Source: a bacterium | Lineage (GTDB): Bacteria > UBA8248 | NCBI GenBank assembly: GCA_965207065.1 | Contig: OZ242260.1 | Location: 1,824,001 to 1,888,000, forward strand | DNA length: 64,000 nucleotides | Direction of reading: 5' to 3' | Shown here: positions 1 through 8,641 of the stretch, piece by piece | Numbering within the stretch: position 1 is the first letter of the stretch | Layout: each line of letters opens with the position of its first letter | Notes under the pieces: model-generated | Seen by the model: only the letters and a program-made list of their open reading frames with translations | What the model was told of the DNA's origin: nothing | Databases searched by the model: none | Translations under genes and position numbers: made by a program

Positions 1-2
1 TG

Positions 3-605
3 GTGGAGCGCGTGCCCTTCCAGGAGGAGGACGAGATCGTCTTTCTCGGAGATTACATCGACAGGGGGCGGGATTCGAAGGCCGTGGTCGATTTGCTGAT
101 CCGCTTCAAGCGCGAATACCCCAAAGCTGTTTTCCTGCGGGGCAACCATGAGGACATGCTACTGGATTATCTCGCAGGAGGCGGGAGTTATCATCCGGGC
201 GTCTACCTCATGAACGGCGGCGACGCGACGCTGGAAAACTACCGTGATGAGGGAGGCGACGTTCTGGTGCCGCCTGAGCATCTGAAATTCTTCAATGCCC
301 TCGAGTGGATTCATACGAGCCGCGGTTTCATCTTCGTGCATGCGGGCCTGAGGCCGGGCGTTCCCATCGACCGGCAGGACCCGATGGATTTGGTCTGGAT
401 ACGCGAGGAGTTTCTCCATGCGGGATATGATTTCGGAAAGCCCGTCGTTTTCGGGCACACACCGGGATTGGAGATAAAAAACGAACTTCCCTTATATCTG
501 GGCATCGACACGCGCGCCGTAACCGGCGGTTTTCTGACGTGCGTGCAACTTGCCGATGGCGGCATTGTAGACTGCCACCAGGTTTCCTCCCGGGAAGTGG
601 AATGA
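3..605 (+). CDS. Calcineurin-like metallophosphoesterase (bacterial PPP Ser/Thr phosphatase-like), 5'-truncated by the window edge
   Basis: GDYIDRG, RGNHE, FVHAG and FGHTP motifs; the N-terminal GDxHG motif is absent, consistent with truncation. Confidence 0.85.
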   Translation: MERVPFQEEDEIVFLGDYIDRGRDSKAVVDLLIRFKREYPKAVFLRGNHEDMLLDYLAGGGSYHPGVYLMNGGDATLENYRDEGGDVLVPPEHLKFFNALEWIHTSRGFIFVHAGLRPGVPIDRQDPMDLVWIREEFLHAGYDFGKPVVFGHTPGLEIKNELPLYLGIDTRAVTGGFLTCVQLADGGIVDCHQVSSREVE

Positions 606-617
606 GATGAATCGCTC

Positions 618-2909
618 GTGAAGCGAAAACCGGACTCGATACCCGACGAGAAAAAGATACTCCGCCTGATCGCCGAAGAGGACAGGCCGATGGCCGTGCG
701 CGAACTCGTGCGCCTGCTCGATGTTCCCTCCGCCGCGCGCCCTGCGCTCAGAAAGCGCCTGCGCGCCATGGCGGAAGAGGGTGCGCTCGTCAGGGTTCGC
801 GGCCGCTATTCGACGCCGGGTTCCCTCTCCATCTACCAGGGAACCTTTCGGGGCCATAGGCTGGGGTTTGGGTTCGTCGTTCCGAACCAGGCGCCGGGTG
901 AGGAAAAACCACTCGATATCATGATCAAGAAAACCCGCACACGGGGCGCAATGGACGGCGATACGGTCTCCGCCAGGGTGGAGAAAGTACAGCCCGATGG
1001 AAGGTGTGAGGGCAGCGTGCTCGACGTAATCGAACGCGCGCACGAAACCCTGGTGGGCAGGCTCTGCGTGGAGGGGCGAAGCGCGTGGGTGGAACCCCAG
1101 GGAGAGCGTATACCGCACCTCGTGGTCCTGGGCGCCGGTGAGCGGGGAGGAGCGAGGCGCGGCGAGTGGGTGGAGGTGGAGATCACCCGCTATCCCACGC
1201 AGAAAGAGCCCGCCAAAGGGCGTATCCTGAGGTCGTTCGGCTACCCGGAAGACCCCGCCGCCGAGGGACGGATGGTGCTCGCCAAGCACGGGATACGCGA
1301 GGATTTCCCCAAAAAGGTGCTGGATGAGGAAAAGAGGATATCCCCGCCGGGGGAGGATACTCCCTTTCCGGAGGGTGTGGAGGATTTGAGGGATCTGTGC
1401 GCGTTCACTATCGATCCATTCGACGCGCGCGATCGCGACGACGCGGTTTCGATAGAAAAACTCAAGTTCGGCGGCTGCCGCCTGGGTGTGCACATCGCCG
1501 ACGTGGGCCATTACGTGAAGGGAGGCGGCGCGATTGACAAAGAAGCCCTCGAGCGCGGGGTGAGCGTCTATCTTCCGGATCGGGCTGTGCCCATGCTGCC
1601 GCCCCGCCTGACGGGCGAGGTGTGCTCGTTGCGGGAGGGGGCCGTTCGCCGGACCCTGAGCGTCTTCATCGATTTCGACCGATACGGGAATCAATCGGGG
1701 ATGCGCCTTACCTTCGCGCGTATTCGCTCGCGCGCCTCTTTGACCTATCGCGGCACAGCGGCCGTTCTGGAGGGCGGTGAGATTCCCCAGAAAGACGAGG
1801 TCGAAAGCGCACGCGCGCTCGAAGCGCCGCTCAGGCAGCTCTCGGCCCTTGCCGACAAGCTTCACGTGGAGCGCATGCGCCGGGGGAGTCTCGATTTCGA
1901 CCTGCCCGAAGCCCAGGTGCTGCTCGATGAGGAGGGGATGCCGACGGGGATTGCGCGCGCGCCGAGAACATCCGCGCACCGGCTCATCGAGGAGTGCATG
2001 CTGGCGGCGAACCGGGCGGTAGCGGAATTTCTCGCCGATGCGGGCGGGGCTTCGGTCTACCGCGTCCATGAGTCGCCGTCGGAGGATAATCTCCAGGGTT
2101 TAAGGGCGATCCTCTCCAAATTGGGCCTGAATGCGCCGCGTCTGGAGGAACTCAAGCGGCCGGGCGGGCTTCAGGAGGTATTCGACGCTGTGGAGGGCTC
2201 GGACGTGGAGCGCTACGTGAATCTCGCCGCGCTCAGGAGCATGAAGCTCGCGCGCTATGAGGCGGCGCCCGCCCTTCACTTCGGCCTGGGCTTCGAGCGC
2301 TACACGCATTTCACCTCCCCCATCCGCCGGTACGCGGACCTGTGCGTTCACCGAAGGCTCCAGAAGCTCATGCGCGGTGACAAGAGAAAGCCCCAGGCGA
2401 AGCCCCTCGCCGCCCTTTGCGGCGATATTTCCGAGCGGGACCGGGTGGCCGAGGCCGCCTCGCGCGAGATGGCCGATTTCATGAAGGCGCTGTTCATGCG
2501 CGATAAGGTTGGCGAACGCTTTCGGGGACACGTCTCGGGCGTCGCGAATTTCGGGATTTTCGTGGAACTCGAAGATATTTTCGTAGAAGGCATGGTACCG
2601 CTCGAATTCATGACGGATGACTACTACGCCTATATTCCAGAGGAACACGCCGTACTGGGCCGAAGGTCCGGCCGAAGATTCCGCCTGGGCGATCCCGTTA
2701 CCGTGCGGGTGGAGAGCGTGGAACTGGCCTCGCGGCGCGTCACGTTCCAGCTAATGGCGGGCGGGACGAGAGAGTTGGTCGGCGATGCGGCGCAGTCGCG
2801 CCGCGCGGCGATATCCACCGAGCGTCGTCGCTCAGGGAAGAAGAAACCCTCGAGCCCACGGCGCAAGAAGAAGGGAAAAGCGGCGATTAAGCGGGGGAGA
2901 CGCCGCTGA
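618..2909 (+). CDS. rnr: Ribonuclease R
   Basis: RNB motifs TIDPFDARDRDDA, VHIADV, HRLIEECML, YTHFTSPIRRYADL; C-terminal S1 domain and basic tail; upstream of smpB. Confidence 0.93.
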   Translation: MKRKPDSIPDEKKILRLIAEEDRPMAVRELVRLLDVPSAARPALRKRLRAMAEEGALVRVRGRYSTPGSLSIYQGTFRGHRLGFGFVVPNQAPGEEKPLDIMIKKTRTRGAMDGDTVSARVEKVQPDGRCEGSVLDVIERAHETLVGRLCVEGRSAWVEPQGERIPHLVVLGAGERGGARRGEWVEVEITRYPTQKEPAKGRILRSFGYPEDPAAEGRMVLAKHGIREDFPKKVLDEEKRISPPGEDTPFPEGVEDLRDLCAFTIDPFDARDRDDAVSIEKLKFGGCRLGVHIADVGHYVKGGGAIDKEALERGVSVYLPDRAVPMLPPRLTGEVCSLREGAVRRTLSVFIDFDRYGNQSGMRLTFARIRSRASLTYRGTAAVLEGGEIPQKDEVESARALEAPLRQLSALADKLHVERMRRGSLDFDLPEAQVLLDEEGMPTGIARAPRTSAHRLIEECMLAANRAVAEFLADAGGASVYRVHESPSEDNLQGLRAILSKLGLNAPRLEELKRPGGLQEVFDAVEGSDVERYVNLAALRSMKLARYEAAPALHFGLGFERYTHFTSPIRRYADLCVHRRLQKLMRGDKRKPQAKPLAALCGDISERDRVAEAASREMADFMKALFMRDKVGERFRGHVSGVANFGIFVELEDIFVEGMVPLEFMTDDYYAYIPEEHAVLGRRSGRRFRLGDPVTVRVESVELASRRVTFQLMAGGTRELVGDAAQSRRAAISTERRRSGKKKPSSPRRKKKGKAAIKRGRRR

Positions 2910-2920
2910 GTTTCTGAAGC

Positions 2921-3159
2921 GGGGTTGTTGGATAAGTCTCCTTTTCGAGGATAGAGGAGACGCCCCGCTTGACTGGAAAACGAACCCCCGCTCCCCCCCT
3001 TGTCAGGGGGGTATAAAAAGGCGATGCGCCCCCGCCGGGCGGAGGGGGTTTTGCTTTTTCTTGTCCCCCTGACAAGGGGGGGGTAGGGGGGGTGACTTTA
3101 TGGGGTTTCCCTTTCAAGGAGGTTGACTTTACCCACTCAAGGGCTTTTTCCACGGCCCC
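2921..3159. mobile_element. MITE-like palindromic element, family A copy 1
   Basis: Imperfect terminal inverted repeats GGGGTTGTTGGATAAG / CTTTTTCCACGGCCCC; AAGC on both flanks (2917-2920, 3160-3163); internal inverted repeat CCCCCTTGTCAGGGGG / CCCCCTGACAAGGGGG; second copy at 43928-44137. Confidence 0.65.
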
Positions 3160-3317
3160 AAGCGGCAATGCTTCAGATTTGGTTCACTTACGGTTCCCCT
3201 ATGAAATTTCCCTGGTGGCGAAAAATCCCCTAAAGAGCTATATTGTTTCTCGATGACAAGGGAACTTGGGGAGCGATGCGCTCCTTTTTCTTTTTCCTGA
3301 GATTCTTGAGGTTTGTG

Positions 3318-3782
3318 ATGGCGGGCGGCATAAAAATCGTTGCCGAGAACAGGCGCGCCCGCGCCGATTATGCGATCGATGAGACTTATGAGGCGGGCCT
3401 CGTGCTCACGGGCACGGAGGTGAAGGCGCTCCGCGAGGGCCGCGCGAACTTAAAGGAGAGCTTCGGCGACATCATCGACGGCGAGGCATGGCTGGTCGAT
3501 TGCCACATCAGCCCCTACGGGCACGGCAACATCAACAACCACGAGCCCACGCGCAGGCGAAAGCTGCTGCTCCACAAGCGCGAGATAGGCCGCCTCATCG
3601 GACGCGTGAACGAACGGGGCATGACGCTCGTGCCGATGAAGATGTATTTCGCCCGGGGCCGCGCGAAGGTGGAGATTGGCGTCGGCAAGGGCAAAAAGTT
3701 CCATGACCGCCGGGAAGAGCTGAAAAAACGCGACGCGAACCGCGAGATTGAGCGCGCGCTGAGGGAGAGGAACCGGGGATGA
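3318..3782 (+). CDS. smpB: SsrA-binding protein SmpB
   Basis: ENRRAR, YEAGLVLTGTEVKALR, RKLLLHKREI, GKGKKFHDRR; start set at ATG 3318 rather than the upstream TTG. Confidence 0.96.
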   Translation: MAGGIKIVAENRRARADYAIDETYEAGLVLTGTEVKALREGRANLKESFGDIIDGEAWLVDCHISPYGHGNINNHEPTRRRKLLLHKREIGRLIGRVNERGMTLVPMKMYFARGRAKVEIGVGKGKKFHDRREELKKRDANREIERALRERNRG

Positions 3783-3985
3783 TTCACATTTTCAAGGACT
3801 ACACGATGCGCTGGTGGCAGGTGAGTCTGCTGAAAATCTCGTTGGCCGCGTTCGGCCTGGCCATTGGCGCCACCTGGCCGGGAGCCTTCGAGGGCTGGCT
3901 GCTGTGGATATGGCTGGTATTCCTGCTCCCCGCCGCGTATCTGAGCTACGTCTTCTATCCTGAAATGTGGAAGAGACGTAAATAG
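3779..3985 (+). CDS. Small membrane protein (68 aa, about 2 TM segments)
   Basis: ATGA overlap with the smpB stop; two hydrophobic stretches and a basic C-terminus. Confidence 0.6.
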   Translation: MIHIFKDYTMRWWQVSLLKISLAAFGLAIGATWPGAFEGWLLWIWLVFLLPAAYLSYVFYPEMWKRRK

Positions 3986-4046
3986 CGTATTCGAAACGGG
4001 TCCGGGGCCATGATCGCCGCTCCGGAGCCTTGGCTTCATTTCTATT

Positions 4047-4407
4047 GGGGGCGATCTGGCTTCGACGGGAGGATTTGAAGTCTGAGCTGCGCGCCGGGGA
4101 CGCCACTTGGCCCCGTTATCAATGTGGCAAAATCACACCAGCCGACAACGAGCTGGCTCTCGCTGCTTAAACGCTAGCGAGCGTTCCCCCTCGCCTCGTC
4201 CGCGGGGGAGGAGTGGAGCGTCATGATGCGGACTAGCCGACCCAGGTTTCGGTCCGGAGCCTGCTAGGCGAAATCGAATCGGACTAGCCCGGAGGATGGC
4301 CCGCCGGTGGGCTTGAGACCGGGCGAAACCCTTTCCACCGGCTACGCGCGTAGACGCTCACGACGGAAGCCTTGCGGACGCGGGTTCGATTCCCGCCGCC
4401 TCCACCA
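4047..4407 (+). ncRNA. ssrA: tmRNA (one-piece)
   Basis: 5' GGGGGCGATCTGGCTTCGAC; 3' T-arm GCGGGTTCGATTCCCGC and CGCCTCCACCA giving a G3-U acceptor stem; internal tag frame; next to smpB. Confidence 0.96.
4141..4170 (+). other. tmRNA proteolysis tag reading frame (A)ADNELALAA*
   Basis: GCC GAC AAC GAG CTG GCT CTC GCT GCT TAA; typical LAA C-terminus. Confidence 0.9.
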
Positions 4408-4456
4408 GAATACAATACTTGCGGCGCCATGCGCCGCCGATCGAACAGGAGTTCAA

Positions 4457-5272
4457 ATGACCGAAAAAAGCACGATTCAGAACATGGCTCTGTTTTGTGA
4501 TTTCGAAAACATCGCCCTTGGCGTGCGCGACGCCAAATACTCGGATTTTGATATTCAAAGAGTGCTGGAGCGCTTATTGCTCAGGGGCAGCATTGTCGTC
4601 AAGAAAGCATATTGCAACTGGGCGCGCTACAAGGAATTCAAGGCTCCCATGCACGAGGCGGCCTTCGAGTTGATCGAAATACCGCACGTCCGCATGTCCG
4701 GCAAGAACTCGGCCGACATTCGCATGGTCGTCGACGCATTGGACCTCTGCTATACCAAGTCGCACGTCGATACTTTCGTGATTATCAGCGGCGATTCCGA
4801 TTTTTCGCCATTGGTCAGCAAGCTGCGCGAGAATAACAAGGTAGTTGTCGGCGTCGGCGTGAAGAACTCGACCTCCGACTTGCTGACCTCGAACTGCGAC
4901 GAGTTCATCTATTACGACGACTTGATGCGCGAATCCGATAAACAGGGAAAAGCCAAACGGAAGCGGCCGGCCGCCCGCGCCGGAAGAAAGAAAGTCGTCG
5001 ACGGCGAAGAGGAAAAACGGCTGGAAGGGCTCAATCTGGTCCTGGAGACGACCGAGGACTTGTCCCGGGAGCGGGGCGAGGAAGAAAAGGTCTGGGGATC
5101 GATGGTGAAGCAGGCCCTGAAACGCCGCAAGCCGGGATTCAGCGAATCCTATCACGGATACAAAACCTTCAAACACTTGCTCGAAGACGCGAAAGCCCGC
5201 GGGATGCTAAATCTGGAGTTCGACAAAAAGTCCGGCGGATACATCGTGAAGAGCGCGCAACTCGATGAATAG
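4457..5272 (+). CDS. NYN-domain (LabA/DUF88, PIN-like) protein with C-terminal OST-HTH/LOTUS domain
   Basis: FCDFEN, GKNSADIRMVVDA, SGDSDFSPL motifs; C-terminal PGFSESYHGYKTFKHLLE; RBS AGGAG before ATG 4457. Confidence 0.9.
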   Translation: MTEKSTIQNMALFCDFENIALGVRDAKYSDFDIQRVLERLLLRGSIVVKKAYCNWARYKEFKAPMHEAAFELIEIPHVRMSGKNSADIRMVVDALDLCYTKSHVDTFVIISGDSDFSPLVSKLRENNKVVVGVGVKNSTSDLLTSNCDEFIYYDDLMRESDKQGKAKRKRPAARAGRKKVVDGEEEKRLEGLNLVLETTEDLSRERGEEEKVWGSMVKQALKRRKPGFSESYHGYKTFKHLLEDAKARGMLNLEFDKKSGGYIVKSAQLDE

Positions 5273-5337
5273 GCGCGCTTAGAAGCTCACGACGGAAGCC
5301 TTGCGGATGCGGGTTCGGATTCCCGCCGCCTCCACCA
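5273..5337 (+). repeat. Direct repeat of the tmRNA 3' end (att-like)
   Basis: 5285-5337 matches 4356-4407 with one substitution and one inserted G in the T-loop; weaker similarity extends back to about 5273. Confidence 0.92.
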
Positions 5338-5464
5338 TTTTTAAATGAGAATGCGGCTAGCCTGTGAATACGGGTTTCATTGAATTGTTCTGATTCAAAT
5401 TGGTTCATTCTGTGGATTCTTGTTATATTTTCTGAAGTCAGATTTCAGCGAGTCGGGCGTACTC

Positions 5465-5677
5465 ATGACGCCGAGCGAAGTCATTTTCGAGCTTACCGAA
5501 GCAGTAGAAGGCGGCTATGACGCCCGGGCCTTGGGCTACGGAATTTTCACCCAGGGAGAGGACTGGGATGATCTGAAGTCAATGGTCCGGGATGCGGTGC
5601 TTTGCCATTTCGGTGAAGAAGACGTGCCCAAAGTAGCCAGGTTGCATCTTGTCAGGGACGAAGTTATCGCAGTATGA
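5465..5677 (+). CDS. HicB-like antitoxin (short form)
   Basis: EGGYDARALGYGIFTQGEDWDDLKSMVRDAV is typical of short HicB-family proteins; overlaps a hicA-like start (ATGA). Confidence 0.75.
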   Translation: MTPSEVIFELTEAVEGGYDARALGYGIFTQGEDWDDLKSMVRDAVLCHFGEEDVPKVARLHLVRDEVIAV

Positions 5678-5713
5678 AATTGCCGAGTGCTCTCTCTGGC
5701 GACGACTTGATTC
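5674..5713 (+). pseudogene. Truncated HicA-like toxin N-terminus
   Basis: MKLPSALSGDDLI resembles HicA starts (MKLPRDLSGxDL); similarity ends at the convergent sulfatase stop codon, before the GSH catalytic motif. Confidence 0.6.
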
Positions 5714-7228
5714 TCAACCCTCCTCCTCATCCGCATCGCTCTTCGTCTCCGGGAACCACTCCAGAAAACCTTCTTCGGTGGCGGGCGGAAACGGCCACTG
5801 GTCCCCGCGCATGGCGGACAGCGTACGGTCGGGGCCGGGCTGGAACCGCCGGGCCGGCTCGCCGACGAGTTTCCCGTTATCCAGCCATTTCTCGTCGCTT
5901 CCGTACATCTGCCCCTCCAGCGTCTCGGTCAACCGGGATAGCACGTCGGCGTAGTCGGGGTCCGAGAATAGATCGACGAGTTCGTTCGGGTCTTCCTGCA
6001 AGTCGAATAGCTGGAAGAAGTGCCCGACCGGGTAGTAGATGAGCTTGTGGCGTCCGTCGTGGATCATGCGGGAGCAATGCGCGTCCTCGCCCGCCTCGCC
6101 GAAGAGGAATTCCCGCTTCTTATCACCCACCATCGAGAGGCCTTCCACCGTCTCGGGTACCTCGATGCCGCACAGGTCGAGCAGGGTGGGCATGACGTCC
6201 TGTAGGCAGACGAGACGGTTGTCCACCCGGCCCGAGCCCACACGCGCATCGTCCGGCAGACCCGCCAGGATCATCGGGATTCCGGCGGAATACTCGTAGA
6301 AGACGCGCTTGGCCCACATGCCGTGGTTGCCCAGCATGTCGCCGTGGTCCGAGGTGAAGCAGATGATGGTGTCGTTGGTGAGGCTTTCCTCGCGCAGGGT
6401 GCCGATGATGATGCGTATCTGGTGTTCGATATGGGTGCACAGGGCGTAGAACGCCCGGCGCGCGTCGATAATCGCCCCTTCACCGTAAAGGTCGCCGCGC
6501 GTCTGGGTGGCCTGCGCGTTGTAGGGGAGCTTTTCGCGGTCGCGCGCCCATTCGCCCATGAACGGCTCGTCGATGGGTATGTCGCGGTAGATGTCCAGGT
6601 AGGCCTGGAGCGGCACGAGCGGCGGGTGCGGATGGCGGTAGGAGAGATACCAGAAAGCCGGCCGCATCGGGTCGCGCCGCTTGATGGTGCGCGCCATCAT
6701 GCGGGTGGTCCAGTTCGTGGGGTGCGTCGCCTCGGGCAGATGCCATGCCCGGTAGGTATACTGGTTGTTCCCCATGCCGTGATCGAACTGGCGGCCCGTG
6801 TAGCCGATGTCGCCCAGGTAGATGTCGTAATCATCGGCGACGTTGTAAATCGAGCGGCCCTCGTCGTCTAGGATGACGTCGTCGAAACCGATGCGATCGC
6901 GCTGGGGATAGACGTGAATCTTGCCGACCGCGTAGGCCTGATAGCCCGCGTCGCGGAAGGTCTGAGCCATCGTCGGCAAGTGGTCGGGCATCAGCATCGT
7001 CGGGCTGAAAACGCGGTCGCCGTGGGCGCGTGCGCTCGCGCCGGTCATCAGCGTACGCCTCGCCGGTATGCAGAACGGGTGTTCGGAATAGGCGTTCGTG
7101 AAGCGCACGCCGTTCTTGCAGAAGGTGTCGAGCGTCGGCGTCAGGATGCAGGGATGGCCCGCCGCCCCAAGCAGGGGCGAGGACCAGTGGTCGGTATTGA
7201 TCAGGAGGACGTTCGGTCTCGTTTGCAT
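5714..7228 (-). CDS. Formylglycine-dependent sulfatase (choline-sulfatase-like)
   Basis: PNVLLINTDH, C-x-P-x-R (CIPARRTLMTG), GKIH, HPHPP, SDHGD. Confidence 0.9.
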   Translation of the reverse strand: MQTRPNVLLINTDHWSSPLLGAAGHPCILTPTLDTFCKNGVRFTNAYSEHPFCIPARRTLMTGASARAHGDRVFSPTMLMPDHLPTMAQTFRDAGYQAYAVGKIHVYPQRDRIGFDDVILDDEGRSIYNVADDYDIYLGDIGYTGRQFDHGMGNNQYTYRAWHLPEATHPTNWTTRMMARTIKRRDPMRPAFWYLSYRHPHPPLVPLQAYLDIYRDIPIDEPFMGEWARDREKLPYNAQATQTRGDLYGEGAIIDARRAFYALCTHIEHQIRIIIGTLREESLTNDTIICFTSDHGDMLGNHGMWAKRVFYEYSAGIPMILAGLPDDARVGSGRVDNRLVCLQDVMPTLLDLCGIEVPETVEGLSMVGDKKREFLFGEAGEDAHCSRMIHDGRHKLIYYPVGHFFQLFDLQEDPNELVDLFSDPDYADVLSRLTETLEGQMYGSDEKWLDNGKLVGEPARRFQPGPDRTLSAMRGDQWPFPPATEEGFLEWFPETKSDADEEEG

Positions 7229-7609
7229 CTATGGCTCCCCAGGAAATTTCAGGCCGGGTTCGGCGTCGCACGGATGAAATTCATGCAAAATCGTAGCCCG
7301 GTGACGCTACTCCAGTTCCGTTTCCAGGACAAGCGGATCGGCGCGGAATAATGCCGTGTCCACGGGCAGGCGCGCGGATTTACGGATGACGAGGCGGCCC
7401 TTGGTGAACGCCCTCGTCGGCTCCTGCTACGGCGCGCTCACGAGTTCTTCCAGCATACCGACCGCGCGGCGGCTCATCTCTGCCCAGGTGTTTTTCCAGA
7501 AAGGGAACAAAGGCGCGCGACGTCCTGTCCGAGCCGCCCCCGGCCCGCCCAGGGTGCAGGGGGTGAGCCGGGAGCCTTTGTTCAGTTTATCGCAGCTTCC
7601 GCCAAGTGG

Positions 7610-8572
7610 CTATTTCTTCTTGACGAGCTTGTTCACGAGCGCCTTCATGTTGTTGTTTTCCGCTGCCATGAAGGACTCGAAATCCTTTCCGCTCATGTAT
7701 ATCACCCGTTCGCCCATGCGCTTCACCATGGATTGGAAGGATTTGTCCTTCACTCCCTTGTCGAAGGCCGTCCGTAGCTTGCCCAGGATGTCCGCAGGCG
7801 TCTTCTTGGACGCGAAGACCGTGCGGAACATGGCGAACTGGACGTCGTAGCCCTGCTCCTTCATCGTGGGCAGGTTGGGGAGCTGGGGCAGCCGGTCGGG
7901 CGCGGTGATAGCGAGAACGCGGACGTCTCCCTTGGAGAGAGAGGGCATCACCGTGGAGGCGAATGCGGGGGCGATGTCGATGTGCCCGCCGAGGAAGGCC
8001 TGCCAGGTGGGCCCGCCGCCCTGGAACGGAACGAACTTCAGCTTGATGCCCGCCTTGAGCGAGAGAAGCTCCATGGGAATCTGGTCCACACCCAGGCCGG
8101 GGACGCCGCCGAAGGAGATCTTGCCCGGCCTGCGCTTGGCGTCTTCGATCAGGTCACGCAGGTTCTTCCAGGGGGCGTCTTTCTTCACGGTAATGAGAAG
8201 CGGGCTGTAGTTGATTCGTCCCACCGGCACGAAGGACGCCGAGGAATAGGGAAGGCTCTCTAGGAGAGGCTTCACCAGGATGCTCTGCTGGTCGCCCAGG
8301 ATCAGGGTGTGCCCGTCCGCCCGCGCGCGGGCCACGAAGCTCGCTCCGATGGAGCCGCCTCCGCCTGCTCGGATGACCGCGAGCATGGGCTGGCCCAGAT
8401 AAGGTTCCATGACGCTCGCGAATGCGCGCGCGTGCGCGTCGTGCGAGCCGCCCGGCGAATAGGGGATGATCAGCCGGACGGGCTTGTTCGGGAACTTCGC
8501 GGACTCCGCGTGGGTCGGCGCCAGCCACAGAGCCATGGCCGCGATGAGTAGAACTGCCGTGAGTCGTTTCAT
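7610..8572 (-). CDS. tctC: Tripartite tricarboxylate transporter substrate-binding protein (TctC/Bug)
   Basis: Signal peptide; FPNKPVRLIIPYSPGGSHD, ADGHTL, VPFQGGG, LPTMKEQG. Confidence 0.9.
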   Translation of the reverse strand: MKRLTAVLLIAAMALWLAPTHAESAKFPNKPVRLIIPYSPGGSHDAHARAFASVMEPYLGQPMLAVIRAGGGGSIGASFVARARADGHTLILGDQQSILVKPLLESLPYSSASFVPVGRINYSPLLITVKKDAPWKNLRDLIEDAKRRPGKISFGGVPGLGVDQIPMELLSLKAGIKLKFVPFQGGGPTWQAFLGGHIDIAPAFASTVMPSLSKGDVRVLAITAPDRLPQLPNLPTMKEQGYDVQFAMFRTVFASKKTPADILGKLRTAFDKGVKDKSFQSMVKRMGERVIYMSGKDFESFMAAENNNMKALVNKLVKKK

Positions 8573-8641
8573 GAGAATTCCCTCCTGTGGGTTATTCCTG
8601 CCTTCTCTGAAATCATGCGCCCCGATGTAGTGTAACCCTCC

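Noticed and set aside
492-2069. Long antisense ORFs (also 36369-37766, 45337-47037, 53242-54309, 18548-19588 and similar)
   Set aside because: Shadows of well-supported genes in high-GC DNA with no recognisable motifs
4307-4456. N-terminal extension of the NYN ORF in the ORF track
   Set aside because: It runs through the tmRNA; the RBS and domain start support ATG 4457
5273-5337. A separate tRNA or second tmRNA gene
   Set aside because: Only the T-arm and 3' acceptor strand are present, with an 8-nt T-loop and no 5' half
5674-6042. Full-length 122-aa protein after hicB
   Set aside because: Beyond codon 13 it is the antisense of the sulfatase and lacks HicA motifs
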